A DNA stretch of 64,000 nt from positions 456,208 to 520,207 of the forward strand of contig CM082594.2 of the NCBI GenBank assembly GCA_040954595.2. The letters are read 5' to 3'. The stretch's first letter is position 1, and every line of letters begins with the position of its first letter. Source of the DNA: Balanoglossus misakiensis. Lineage: Eukaryota; Animalia; Hemichordata. Below the pieces are notes generated by a model. It was not told the origin of the DNA. It saw nothing but the letters and a program-made list of their open reading frames with translations, and made no database searches. Position numbers and translations under genes: made by a program. This document shows positions 11,501 to 26,500 of this stretch, piece after piece.

Positions 11501-14500
11501 CGTGTTTCCGCTCTAAAGTGCCGGGGCTTCAGCTAAACCATGCCGTAGGAAATCCGACGTAATCACCGTTGATAACTTACGCCAGTCTGTGTCATATAGA
11601 GCCGGTGCACCAGCCGAATCACGCCGTAGGAAATCTGACTTGATCAACGTGGTCAATGTACGCCTGTTTCTGCTCTAGAGTGCCGGGGCTTCAGCTGAGC
11701 CAGGCCGTAGGAAACCCGACGTGATTACCGTTGTTAACTTACGCCAGTCTGTGTCCTATATATAGTGCCGGGGCATCAGCCGTGCCAGGCCGAAGGAAAT
11801 GTGAGTAGATCAACGTGGTCTCTGTACGCGTGTTTCTGCTCTAGAGTGCCGGGGCTTTATCCAAGCCATGCCGTAGAAAATCTGACTTGATCACCGTTGC
11901 TAACGTACGATAGTGTCTGTCATAGTGTGCCGGGGTTTTAGTCGAGCCAAGCCGTAGGAGATCAGACTTCATCAACGTGGTCTCTGTACGCGTGTTTCTG
12001 CTCTAGAGTGCCGGGGCTTTATCCAAGCCATGCCGTAGAAAATCTGACTTGATCACCGTTGCTAACGTACGCTAGTGTCTGTCATATTGTGACGGAGATT
12101 TAGCCGAGCCAGGCCGTAGAAAAATCGACTTGTTCAACGTTACCAGTGTGCAACTGTTTCTGCTCTAGAGTGTCAGGGTTTTAGCCGACTTATGCTGTAG
12201 GAAATCTGAGTTGATGAACGGGAATTCAATGTTAGAAAACCCGTGTGGAAAGTATCTCCTCCCGTTTGAAACTAAGAAAAGAATTTATTCTTATTTATTT
12301 TGTTAAAAAGACAATTTTTCGAAAAAAAGTCGAAAATGGTAATTTTGTCTTGGGTGATTCAAATTATACCACCTTTTCTGGAATTTGCAGCACTTTTTAC
12401 AAGAGAACGACACTTCATGCTCCATAATATTTCCGAAAATGAAGAAAATAGTTAATTTTTTATGATTTTTTAAAAATTTACCATTTTTGTCAAAATATGG
12501 CCAAAATGGCTATTTTTTCTTGAATTCCGTCAATATCTCTGCATTTTTGGAGTGGTCGAAAGTTTTAACATACAATCAACATGTCATATATGATCAGGGC
12601 ACCACATTTGAAGAACAAAGGTTTTTTTATTTTTTTTTCTAAAAATGACATTTTCAAGGAAAATTTGGTAAAACGCAATTTTGTCTGCAGTGAGCCAAAT
12701 TAGACGGTCTTTTGTGGAATTTGTATCGATATATACATACGAAGAGCATTCTATACTCCATCAGATTTCCAAAAATGTAGAAAACAGGTATTTTTTGTAA
12801 TTTTCAAAAATTTACCATTTTGACCAAATTGTGGCTAAAATTGTTATTTTCGTGTTGAATGCCGCCAGTGTCACTGCTTTTAAAAGTCATAAAAACTTTT
12901 AACATACAAGCAATTGTTTATATATGATCAGGTCACCGAATTAAAAAAATAAAGAATGTTTTGCCTAAAAATGACCTTTTTGGTGCAAAAACGAATAAAA
13001 CGCAATTTTGTATTAAATCAGCTCATTCAGAGTGCATTTTTTATAATCAGCACCATTTTTACATATATTGGAAATTTCATACATCATCAGATATCCAAAT
13101 ATGAAAAAATGATTTAGATTTTAGATGATTGTCCAAAATTAGCTGATATCTAATAAATGTAGTATTGAACCGTTCTGTCCCCCCCTACATTATATGCGGT
13201 ACGCCGATGTCAGCTTACCCGGCAGTACTGCAGGCCGTGCCCCCAAATAACGTCGGTGTGTGAAACGCCCTGGTTAAATTCGGGCTTTCTCTATAAATTA
13301 ACAGGCAATAATGCAGTCCTACCCGAACAAATGTCGAGTGTTGACCCGCTGTGACTTTCCCTCTTCGGTTTGCCCGACTTAGCCAACGTCTTTGTACTAG
13401 AGGGTCGGGTCTTTTGCCGAGCCAGGCCGAAGGAAATCCGACTTGATCACCGTTGCTAACGAACGCTAGTGTCTGTCATGGTGTGCCGGGGTTTTAGTCG
13501 AACCAGGCCGTAGGAAATCTGACTTGATCAACGTGGTCAATGTACGCGTGTTTCCGCTCTAAAGTGCCGGGGCTTCAGCTAAACCATGCCGTAGGAAATC
13601 CGACGTAATCACCGTTGATAACTTACGCCAGTCTGTGTCATATAGAGCCGGTGCACCAGCCGAATCACGCCGTAGGAAATCTGACTTGATCAACGTGGTC
13701 AATGTACGCCTGTTTCTGCTCTAGAGTGCCGGGGCTTCAGCTGAGCCAGGCCGTAGGAAACCCGACGTGATTACCGTTGTTAACTTACGCCAGTCTGTGT
13801 CCTATATATAGTGCCGGGGCATCAGCCGTGCCAGGCCGAAGGAAATGTGAGTAGATCAACGTGGTCTCTGTACGCGTGTTTCTGCTCTAGAGTGCCGGGG
13901 CTTTATCCAAGCCATGCCGTAGAAAATCTGACTTGATCACCGTTGCTAACGTACGATAGTGTCTGTCATAGTGTGCCGGGGTTTTAGTCGAGCCAAGCCG
14001 TAGGAGATCAGACTTCATCAACGTGGTCTCTGTACGCGTGTTTCTGCTCTAGAGTGCCGGGGCTTTATCCAAGCCATGCCGTAGAAAATCTGACTTGATC
14101 ACCGTTGCTAACGTACGCTAGTGTCTGTCATATTGTGACGGAGATTTAGCCGAGCCAGGCCGTAGAAAAATCGACTTGTTCAACGTTACCAGTGTGCAAC
14201 TGTTTCTGCTCTAGAGTGTCAGGGTTTTAGCCGACTTATGCTGTAGGAAATCTGAGTTGATGAACGGGAATTCAATGTTAGAAAACCCGTGTGGAAAGTA
14301 TCTCCTCCCGTTTGAAACTAAGAAAAGAATTTATTCTTATTCATTTTGTTAAAAAGACAATTTTTCGAAAAAAAGTCGAAAATGGTAATTTTGTCTTGGG
14401 TGATTCAAATTATACCACCTTTTCTGGAATTTGCAGCACTTTTTACAAGAGAACGACACTTCATGCTCCATAATATTTCCGAAAATGAAGAAAATAGTTA

Positions 14501-17500
14501 ATTTTTTATGATTTTTTAAAAATTTACCATTTTTGTCAAAATATGGCCAAAATGGCTATTTTTTCTTGAATTCCGTCAATATCTCTGCATTTTTGGAGTG
14601 GTCGAAAGTTTTAACATACAATCAACATGTCATATATGATCAGGGCACCACATTTGAAGAACAAAGGTTTTTTTATTTTTTTTTCTAAAAATGACATTTT
14701 CAAGGAAAATTTGGTAAAACGCAATTTTGTCTGCAGTGAGCCAAATTAGACGGTCTTTTGTGGAATTTGTATCGATATATACATACGAAGAGCATTCTAT
14801 ACTCCATCAGATTTCCAAAAATGTAGAAAACAGGTATTTTTTGTAATTTTCAAAAATTTACCATTTTGACCAAATTGTGGCTAAAATTGTTATTTTCGTG
14901 TTGAATGCCGCCAGTGTCACTGCTTTTAAAAGTCATAAAAACTTTTAACATACAAGCAATTGTTTATATATGATCAGGTCACCGAATTAAAAAAATAAAG
15001 AATGTTTTGCCTAAAAATGACCTTTTTGGTGCAAAAACGAATAAAACGCAATTTTGTATTAAATCAGCTCATTCAGAGTGCATTTTTATAATCAGCACCA
15101 TTTTTACATATAATGGAAATTTCATACATCATCAGATATCCAAATATGAAAAGATGATTTAGATTTTAGATGATTGTCCAAAATTAGCTGATATCTGATA
15201 AATGTAGTATTGAACCGTTCTGTTTCTCCCCCCCTACATTATATGCGGTACGCCGATGTCACCTTACCCGGCAGTACTGCAGGCCGTGCCCCCAACTAAC
15301 GTCGGTGTTTGAAGCGCCCTGGTTAAATTCGGGCTTTCTCTATAAATTAACAGGCAATAATGCAGTCCTACCCGAACAAATGTCGAGTGTTGACCCGCTG
15401 TGACTTTCCCTCTTCGGTTTGCCCGACTTAGCCAACGTCTTTGTTCTAGAGGGTCGGGTCTTTTGCCGAGCCAGGCCGAAGGAAATCCGACTTGATCACC
15501 GTTGCTAACGAACGCTAGTGTCTGTCATGGTGTGCCGGGGTTTTAGTCGAGCCAGGCCGTAGGAGATCTGACTTGATCATCGTGGTCAATGTACGCGTGT
15601 TTCCGCTCTAAAGTGCCGGGGCTTCAGCTAAACCATGCCGTAGGAAATCCGACGTAATCACCGTTGATAACTTACGCCAGTCTGTGTCATATAGAGCCGG
15701 TGCACCAGCCGAATCACGCCGTAGGAAATCTGACTTGATCAACGTGGTCAATGTACGCCTGTTTCTGCTCTAGAGTGCCGGGGCTTCAGCTGAGCCAGGC
15801 CGTAGGAAACCCGACGTGATTACCGTGGTTAACTTACGCCAGTCTGTGTCCTATATATAGTGCCGGGGCATCAGCCGTGCCAGGCCGAAGGAAATGTGAG
15901 TAGATCAACGTGGTCTCTGTACGCGTGTTTCTGCTCTAGAGTGCCGGGGCTTTATCCAAGCCATGCCGTAGAAAATCTGACTTGATCACCGTTGCTAACG
16001 TACGATAGTGTCTGTCATAGTGTGCCGGGGTTTTAGTCGAGCCAAGCCGTAGGAGATCAGACTTCATCAACGTGGTCTCTGTACGCGTGTTTCTGCTCTA
16101 GAGTGCCGGGGCTTTATCCAAGCCATGCCGTAGAAAATCTGACTTGATCACCGTTGCTAACGTACGCTAGTGTCTGTCATATTGTGACGGAGATTTAGCC
16201 GAGCCAGGCCGTAGAAAAATCGACTTGTTCAACGTTACCAGTGTGCAACTGTTTCTGCTCTAGAGTGTCAGGGTTTTAGCCGACTTATGCTGTAGGAAAT
16301 CTGAGTTGATGAACGGGAATTCAATGTTAGAAAACCCGTGTGGAAAGTATCTCCTCCCGTTTGAAACTAAGAAAAGAATTTATTCTTATTTATTTTGTTA
16401 AAAAGACAATTTTTCGAAAAAAAGTCGAAAATGGTAATTTTGTCTTGGGTGATTCAAATTATACCACCTTTTCTGGAATTTGCAGCACTTTTTACAAGAG
16501 AACGACACTTCATGCTCCATAATATTTCCGAAAATGAAGAAAATAGTTAATTTTTTATGATTTTTTAAAAATTTACCATTTTTGTCAAAATATGGCCAAA
16601 ATGGCTATTTTTTCTTGAATTCCGTCAATATCTCTGCATTTTTGGAGTGGTCGAAAGTTTTAACATACAATCAACATGTCATATATGATCAGGGCACCAC
16701 ATTTGAAGAACAAAGGTTTTTTTATTTTTTTTTCTAAAAATGACATTTTCAAGGAAAATTTGGTAAAACGCAATTTTGTCTGCAGTGAGCCAAATTAGAC
16801 GGTCTTTTGTGGAATTTGTATCGATATATACATACGAAGAGCATTCTATACTCCATCAGATTTCCAAAAATGTAGAAAACAGGTATTTTTTGTAATTTTC
16901 AAAAATTTACCATTTTGACCAAATTGTGGCTAAAATTGTTATTTTCGTGTTGAATGCCGCCAGTGTCACTGCTTTTAAAAGTCATAAAAACTTTTAACAT
17001 ACAAGCAATTGTTTATATATGATCAGGTCACCGAATTAAAAAAATAAAGAATGTTTTGCCTAAAAATGACCTTTTTGGTGCAAAAACGAATAAAACGCAA
17101 TTTTGTATTAAATCAGCTCATTCAGAGTGCATTTTTTATAATCAGCACCATTTTTACATATATTGGAAATTTCATACATCATCAGATATCCAAATATGAA
17201 AAAATGATTTAGATTTTAGATGATTGTCCAAAATTAGCTGATATCTAATAAATGTAGTATTGAACCGTTCTGTCCCCCCCTACATTATATGCGGTACGCC
17301 GATGTCAGCTTACCCGGCAGTACTGCAGGCCGTGCCCCCAAATAACGTCGGTGTGTGAAATGCCCTGGTTAAATTCGGGCTTTCTCTATAAATTAACAGG
17401 CAATAATGCAGTCCTACCCGAACAAATGTCGAGTGTTGACCCGCTGTGACTTTCCCTCTTCGGTTTGCCCGACTTAGCCAACGTCTTTGTACTAGAGGGT

Positions 17501-20500
17501 CGGGTCTTTTGCCGAGCCAGGCCGAAGGAAATCCGACTTGATCAACGTTGCTAACGAACGCTAGTGTCTGTCATAGTGTGCCGGGGTTTTAGTCAAGCCA
17601 AGCCGTAGGAGATCTGACTTGATCATCGTGGTCAATGTACGCGTGTTTCCGCTCTAAAGTGCCGGGGCTTGAGCTAAACCAGGCCGTAGGAAATCCGACG
17701 TAATCACCGTTGATAACTTACGCCAGTCTGTGTCATATAGAGCCGGTGCACCAGCGGAGTCACGCCGTAGGACATCTGACTTGATCAACGTGGTCAATGT
17801 ACGCCTGTTTCTGCTCTAGAGTGCCGGGGCTTCAGCTGAGCCAGGCCGTAGGAAACCCGACGTGATTACCGTTGTTAACTTACGCCAGTCTGTGTCCTAT
17901 ATATAGTGCCGGGGCATCAGCTGTGCCAGGCCGAAGGAAATGGGAGTAGATCAACGTGGTCTCTGTACGCGTGTTTCTGCTCTAGAGTGCCAGGGCTTTA
18001 GCCAAGCCATGCCGTAGGAAATCTGACTTGATCAACGTTGCTAACGAACGCTAGTGTCTGTCATAGTGTGCCGGGGTTTTAGTCGAGCCAAGCCGTAGGA
18101 GATCAGACTTGATCAACGTGGTCTCTGTACGCGTGTTTCTGCTCTAGAGTGCCGGGGCTTTATCCCAGCCATGCCGTAGAAAATCTGACTTGATCACCGT
18201 TGCTAACGTGCGCTAGTGTCTGTCATATTGTGACGGAGATTTAGCCGAGCCAGGCCGTTGAAAAATCGACTTGTTCAACGTTACCATTGTGCAACTGTTT
18301 CTGCTCTAGAGTGTCAGGGTTTTAGCCGACTTATGCTGTAGGAAATCTGAGTTGATGAATGGGAATTCAATGTTAAAAAACCTGTGTGGAAAGTGTCTCT
18401 ACCCTTTTGGAACTAAGAAAATAATTTATTCTTATTTATTTTGTAAAAATCACAATTTTTCGAAAAAAAGTCGAAAATGGTAATTTTGTCATGGGTGATT
18501 CAAATTATACCGCCTTTTGTGGAATTTGCAGCACTTTTTACAAGAGAACGACACTTCATGCTCCATAATATTTCCGAAAATGAAGAAAAGAGTTAATTTT
18601 TTATGATTTTTTAAAAATTTACCATTTTTGTCAAAATATGGCCAAAATTGCTATTTTTTCTTGATTTCCGTCAATATCTCTGCATTTTTGGAGTGGTCGA
18701 AAGTTTTAACATACAATCAACATGTCATATATGATCAGGGCACCAAATTCGAAGAACAAAGGTTTTTTTTATTTTTTTTTCTAAAAATGACATTTTCAAG
18801 GAAAATTTGGTAAAACGCAATTTTGTCTGCAGTGAGCCAAATTGGCCGTTTTTTGTGTGGAATTTGTATCGATATATGTATACGAAGAGCATTCTATACT
18901 CCATCAGATTTCCGAAAATGTAGAAAACAGGTATTTTTTGTAATTTTCAAAAATTTACCATTTTGACCGAATTGTGGCTAAAATTGTTCTTTTCGTGTTG
19001 AATGCCGCCAGTGTCACTGCTTTTAAAAGTCATTAAAACTTTTAACATACAAGCAATTGTTTATATATGATCAGGTCACCGAATTTAAAGAATAAAGAAT
19101 GTTTTCCCTAAAAATGACCTTTTTGGTGCAAAAACGAATAAAACGCAATTTTGTATTAAATCAGCTCATTCAGAGTGCATTTTTTATAATCAGCACCATT
19201 TTTACATATAATGGAAATTTCATACATCATCAGATATCCAAATATGAAAAAATGATTTAGATTTTAGATGATTGTCCAAAAGTAGCTGATATCTAATAAA
19301 TATAGTATTGAACCGTTCTGTTCCCCCCCCCCCCCCCTACATTAAATGCGGTACGCCGATGTCAGCTTACCCGTCAGTACTGCAGGCCGTGCCCACAACT
19401 AACGTCGGTGTTTGAAACGCCCTGGTTAAATTCGGGCTTTCTCTATAAATTGACAGGCAATATTGTAGTCCTACCGGAACAAATGTCGAGTGTTGACCCG
19501 CTGTGACTTTCCCTCTTCGGTTTGCCCGACTTAGCCAACGTCTTTGTACTAGAGTGTCGGGTGTTTTGCAGAGCCAGGCCGCAGGAAATCCGACTTGATC
19601 ACCGTTGCTAACGAACGCTAGTGTCTGTCATGGTGTGCCGGGGTTTTAGTCGAGCCAGGCCGTAGGAGATCTGACTTGATCATCGTGGTCAATGTACGCG
19701 TGTTTCCGCTCTAAAGTGCCGGGGCTTCAGCTAAACCAGGCCGTAGGAAATCCGACGTAATCACCGTTGATATCTTACGCCAGTCTGTGTCATATAGAGG
19801 CGGTGCACCAGCCGAGTCACGCCGTAGGAATCTAATTTGATCAACGTGGTCAATGTACGCCTGTTTCTGCTCTAGAGTGCCGGGGCTTCAGCTGAGCCAG
19901 GCCGTAGGAAACCCGACGTGATTACCGTTGTTAACTTACGCCAGTCTGTGTCCTATATATAGTGCGGGGCATCAGCCGTGCCAGGCCTAAGGAAATGTGA
20001 GTAGATCAATGTGGTCTCTGTACGCGTGTTTCTGCTCTAGAATGCCAGGGCTTTAGCCAAGCCATGCCGTAGGAAATCTGAATTGATCAACGTTGCTAAC
20101 GAACGCTAGTGTCCGTCATAGTGTGCCGGGGTTTTAGTCGAGCCAAGCCGTAGGAGATCTGACTTGATCATCGTGGTCAATGTACGCGTGTTTCCGCTCT
20201 AAAGTGCCGGGGCTTGAGCTAAACCAGGCCGTAGGAAATCCGACGTAATCACCGTTGATAACTTACGCCAGTCTGTGTCATATAGAGCCGGTGCACCAGC
20301 CGAGTCACGCCGTAGGAATCTGATTTGATCAACGTGGTCAATGTACGCCTGTTTCTGCTCTAGAGTGCCGGGGCTTCAGCTGAGCCAGGCCGTAGGAAAC
20401 CCGACGTGATTACCGTTGTTAACTTACGCAAGTCTGTGTCCTATATATACTGCCGGGGCATCAGCCGTGCCAGGCCGAAGGAAATGTGAGTAGATCAACG

Positions 20501-23500
20501 TGGTTTCTGTACGCGTGATTCTGCTCTAGAGTGCCAGGGCTTTAGCCAAGCCATGCCGTAGGAAATCTGACTTGATCAACGTTGCTAACGAACGCTAGTG
20601 TCTGTCATATTGTGACGGAGATTTAGCCGAGCCAGGCCGTAGAAAAATCGACTTGTTCAACGTTACCAGTGTGCAACTGTTTCTGCTCTAGAGTGTCAGG
20701 GTTTTAGCCGACTTATGCTGTAGGAAATCTGAGTTGATGAATGGGAATTCAATGTTTAAAAACCTGTGTGGAAAGTGTCTCTACCCTTTTGAAACTAAGA
20801 AAAGAATTTATTCTTATTTATTTTGAAAAAATCACAATTTTTCGAAAAAAAGTCGAAAATGGTAATTTTGTCATGGGTGATTCAAATTATACCGCCTTTT
20901 CTGGAATTTGCAGCACTTTTTACAAGAGAACGACACTTCATGCTCCATAATATTTCCGAAAATGAAGAAAAGAGTTAATTTTTTATGATTTTTTAAAAAT
21001 TTACAATTTTTGTCAAAATATGGCCAAAATGGCTATTTTTTCTTGAATTCCGTCAATATCTCTGCATTTTTGGAGTGGTCGAAAGTTTTAACATACAATC
21101 AACATGTCATATATGATCAGGGCACCAAATTCGAAGAACAAAGGTTTTTTTTTATTTTTTTTTCTAAAAATGACATTTTCAAGGAAAATTTGGTAAAACG
21201 CAATTTTGTCTGCAGTGAGCCAAATTGGCCGTTTTTTTGTGGAATTTGTATCGATATATGTATACGAAGAGCATTCTATACTCCATCAGATTTCCGAAAA
21301 TGTAGAAAACAGGTATTTTTTGTAATTTTCAAAAATTTACCATTTTGACCGAATTGTGGCTAAAATTGTTATTTTCGCGTTGAATGCCGCCAGTGTCACT
21401 GCTTTTAAAAGTCATTAAAACTTTTAACATACAAGCAATTGTTTATATATGATCAGGTCACCGAATTTAAAGAATAAAGAATGTTTTCCCTAAAAATGAC
21501 CTTTTTGGTGCAAAAACGAATAAAACGCAATTTTGTATTAAATCAGCTCATTCAGAGTGCATTTTTTATAATCAGCACCATTTTTACATATAATGGAAAT
21601 TTCATACATCATCAGATATCCAAATATGAAAAAATGATTTAGATTTTAGATGATTGTCCAAAAGTAGCTGATATCTAATAAATGTAGTATTGAACCGTTC
21701 TGTCCCCCCCCCCCCCCCTACATTACATGCGGTACGCCGATGTCAGCTTACCCATCAGTACTGCAGGCCGTGCCCACAACTAACGTCGGTGTTTGAAACG
21801 CCCTGGTTAAATTCGGGCTTTCTCTATAAATTGACAGGCAATAATGTAGTCCTACCGGAACAAATGTCGAGTGTTGACCCGCTGTGACTTTCCCTCTTCG
21901 GTTTGCCCGACTTAGCCAACGTCTTTGTACTAGAGTGTCGGGTCTTTTGCAGAGCCAGGCCGAAGGAAATCCGACTTGATCACCGTTGCTAACGAACGCT
22001 AGTGTCTGTCATGGTGTGCCGGGGTTTTAGTCGAGCCAGGCCGTAGGAGATCTGACTTGATCATCGTGGTCAATGTACGCGTGTTTCCGCTCTAAAGTGC
22101 CGGGGCTTCAGCTAAACCAGGCCGTAGGAAATCCGACGTAATCACCGTTGATAACTTACGCCAGTCTGTGTCATATAGAGCCGGTGTACCAGCCGAGTCA
22201 CGCCGTAGGAAATCTTACTTGATCAACGTGGTCAATGTACGCCTGTTTCTGCTCTAGAGAGCCGGGGCTTCAGCTGAGCCAGGCCGTAGGAAACCCGACG
22301 TGATTACCGTTGTTAACTTACGCCAGTTTGTGTCCTATATATAGTGCCGGGGCATCAGCCGTGCCAGGCCGAAGGAAATGTGAGTAGATCAACGTGGTCT
22401 CTGTACGCGTGTTTCTGCTCTAGAGTGCCAGGGCTTTAGCCAAGCCATGCCGTAGAAAATCTGACTTGATCACCGTTGCTAACGAACGCTAGTGTCTGTC
22501 ATAGTGTGCCGGGGTTTTAGTCGAACCAAGCCGTAGGAGATCAGACTTGATCAACGTGGTCTCTGTACGCCTGTTTCTGCTCTGGAGTGCCGGGGCTTTA
22601 TCCAAGCCATGCCGTAGAAAATCTGACTTGATCACCGTTGCTAACCTACGCTAGTGTCTGTCATATTGTGACGGAGATTTAGCCGAGCCAGGCCGTAGAA
22701 AAATCGACTTGTTCAACGTTACCAGTGTGCAACTGTTTCTGTTCTAGAGTGTCAGGGTTTTAGCCGACTTGTAGGAAATCTGAGTTGATGAACGGGAATT
22801 CAATGTTAGAAATCCGTGTGGAAAGTATCTCTACCCGTTTGGAACTAAGAAAAGAATTTATTCTTATTTATTTTGTAAAAAAACAATATTTCGAAAAAAA
22901 GTCGAAAATGGTAATTTTGTCTTGGGTGATTCAAATTATACCGCCTTTTCTGGAATTTGCAGCACTTTTTACAAGAGAACGACACTTCATGCTCTATAAT
23001 ATTTCCGAAAATGAAGAAAAGAGTTAATTTTTTATGATTTTTTAAAAATTTACCATTTTTGTCAAAATATGGCCAAAATGGCTATTTTTTCTTGAATTCC
23101 GTCAATATCTCAGCATTTTTGGAGTGGTCGAAAGTTTTAACATACAATCAACATGTCATATATGATCAGGCACTAAATTCGAAGAACAAAGGTTTTTTAT
23201 TTTTTTTTCTAAAAATGACATTTTCAAGGAAAATTTGGTAAAACGCAATTTTGTCTGAAGTGAGCCAAATTAGACGGTCTTTTGTGGAATTTGTATCGAT
23301 ATATACATACGAAGAGCATTCTATACTCCATCAGATTTCCGAAAATGTAGAAAACAGGTATTTTTTGTAATTTTCAAAAATTTACCATTTTGACCGAATT
23401 GTGGCTAAAATTGTTATTTTCGTGTTGAATGCCGCCAGTGTCACTGCTTTTAAAAGTCATAAAAACTTCTAACATACAAGCAATTGTTTATATATGATAA

Positions 23501-26500
23501 GGTCACCGTATTAAAAAAATAAAGAATGTTTTGACTAAAAATGACCTTTTTGGTGCAAAAACGAATAAAACGCAATTTTGTATTAAATCAGCTCATTCAG
23601 AGTGCATTTTTTATAATCAGCACCATTTTTACATATAATGGAAATTTCATACATCATCAGATATCCCAAATATGAAAAAATGATTTAGATTTTAGATGAT
23701 TGTCCAAAAGTAGCTGATATCTAATAAATGTAGTATTGAACCGTTCTGTCCCCCCCCTACATTACATGCGGTACGCCGATGTCAGCTTACCCATCAGTAC
23801 TGCAGGCCGTGCCCACAACTAACGTCGATGTTTGAAACGCCCTGGTTAAATTCGGGCTTTCTCTATAAATTGACAGGCAATAATGTAGTCCTACCGGAAC
23901 AAATGTCGAGTGTTGACCCGCTGTGACTTTCCCTCTTCGGTTTGCCCGACTTAGCCAACGTCTTTGTACTAGAGTGTCGGGTCTTTTGCAGAGCCAGGCC
24001 GAAGGAAATCCGACTTGATCACCGTTGCTAACGAACGCTAGTGTCTGTCATGGTGTGCCGGGGTTTTAGTCGAGCCAGGCCGTAGGAGATCTGACTTGAT
24101 CATCGTGGTCAATGTACGCGTGTTTCCGCTCTAAAGTGCCGGGGCTTCAGCTAAACCAGGCCGTAGGAAATCCGACGTAATCACCGTTGATAACTTACGC
24201 CAGTCTGTGTCATGTAGAGCCGGTGTACCAGCCGAGTCACGCCGTAGGAAATCTTACTTGATCAACGTGGTCAATGTACGCCTGTTTCTGCTCTAGAGAG
24301 CCGGGGCTTCAGCTGAGCCAGGCCGTAGGAAACCCGACGTGATTACCGTTGTTAACTTACGCCAGTTTGTGTCCTATATATAGTGCCGGGGCATCAGCCG
24401 TGCCAGGCCGAAGGAAATGTGAATAGATCAACGTGGTCTCTGTACGCGTGTTTCTGCTCTAGAGTGCCAGGGCTTTAGCCAAGCCATGCCGTAGAAAATC
24501 TGACTTGATCACCGTTGCTAACGAACGCTAGTGTCTGTCATAGTGTGCCGGGGTTTTAGTCGAACCAAGCAGTATGAGATCAGACTTGATCAACGTGGTC
24601 TCTGTACGCGTGTTTCTGCTCTGGAGTGCCGGGGCTTTATCCAAGCCATGCCGTAGAAAATCTGACTTGATCACCGTTGCTAACCTACGCTAGTGTCTGT
24701 CATATTGTGACGGAGATTTAGCCGAGCCAGGCCGTAGAAAAATCGACTTGTTCAACGTTACCAGTGTGCAACTGTTTCTGTTCTAGAGTGTCAGGGTTTT
24801 AGCCGACTTGTAGGAAATCTGAGTTGATGAACGGGAATTCAATGTTAGAAATCCGTGTGGAAAGTATCTCTACCCGTTTGGAACTAAGAAAAGAATTTAT
24901 TCTTATTTATTTTGTAAAAAAACAATATTTCGAAAAAAAGTCGAAAATGGTAATTTTGTCTTGGGTGATTCAAATTATACCGCCTTTTCTGGAATTTGCA
25001 GCACTTTTTACAAGAGAACGACACTTCATGCTCTATAATATTTCCGAAAATGAAGAAAAGAGTTAATTTTTTATGATTTGTTAAAAATTTACCATTTTTG
25101 TCAAAATATGGCCAAAATGGCTATTTTTTCTTGAATTCCGTCAATATCTCAGCATTTTTGGAGTGGTCGAAAGTTTTAACATACAATCAACATGTCATAT
25201 ATGATCAGGCACTAAATTCGAAGAACAAAGGTTTTTTATTTTTTTTTCTAAAAATGACATTTTCAAGGAAAATTTGGTAAAACGCAATTTTGTCTGAAGT
25301 GAGCCAAATTAGACGGTCTTTTGTGGAATTTGTATCGATATATACATACGAAGAGCATTCTATACTCCATCAGATTTCCGAAAATGTAGAAAACAGGTAT
25401 TTTTTGTAATTTTCAAAAATTTACCATTTTGACCGAATTGTGGCTAAAATTGTTATTTTCGTGTTGAATGCCGCCAGTGTCACTGCTTTTAAAAGTCATA
25501 AAAACTTTTAACATACAAGCAATTGTTTATATATGATAAGGTCACCGAATTAAAAAAATAAAGAATGTTTTGACTAAAAATGACCTTTTTGGTGCAAAAA
25601 CGAATAAAACGCAATTTTGTATTAAATCAGCTCATTCAGAGTGCATTTTTTATAATCAGCACCATTTTTACATATAATGGAAATTTCATACATCATCAGA
25701 TATCCAAATATGAAAAAATGATTTAGATTTTAGATGATTGTCCAAAAGTAGCTGATATCTAATAAATGTAGTATTGAACCGTTCTGTCCCCCCCCCCCCC
25801 TACATTACATGCGGTACGCCGATGTCAGCTTACCCATCAGTACTGCAGGCCGTGCCCACAACTAACGTCGGTGTTTGAAACGCCCTGGTTAAATTCAGGC
25901 TTTCTCTATAAATTGACAGGCAATAATGTAGTCCTACCGGAACAAATGTCGAGTGTTGACCCGCTGTGACTTTCCCTGTTCGGTTTGCCCGACTTAGCCA
26001 ACGTCTTTGTACTAGAGTGTCGGGTCTTTTGCAGAGCCAGGCCGAAGGAAATCCGACTTGATCACCGTTGCTAACGAACGCTAGTGTCTGTCATGGTGTG
26101 CCGGGGTTTTAGTCGAGCCAGGCCGTAGGAGATCTGACTTGATTATCGTGGTCAATGTACGCGTGTTTCCACTCTAAAGGGCCGGGGCTTCAGCTACACC
26201 AGGCCGTAGGAAATCCGACGTAATCACCGTTGATAACTTACGCCAGTCTGTGTCATATAGAGCCGGTGCACCAGCCGAGTCACGCCGTAGGAAATCTTAC
26301 TTGATCAACGTGGTCAATGTACGCCTGTTTCTGCTCTAGAGTGCCGGGGCTTCAGCTGAGCCAGGCCGTGGGAAACCCGACGTGATTACCGTTGTTAACT
26401 TACGCCAGTTTGTGTCCTATATATAGTGCCGGGGCATCAGCCGTGCCAGGCCGAAGGAAATGTGAGTAGATCAACGTGGTCTCTGTACGCGTGTTTCTGC

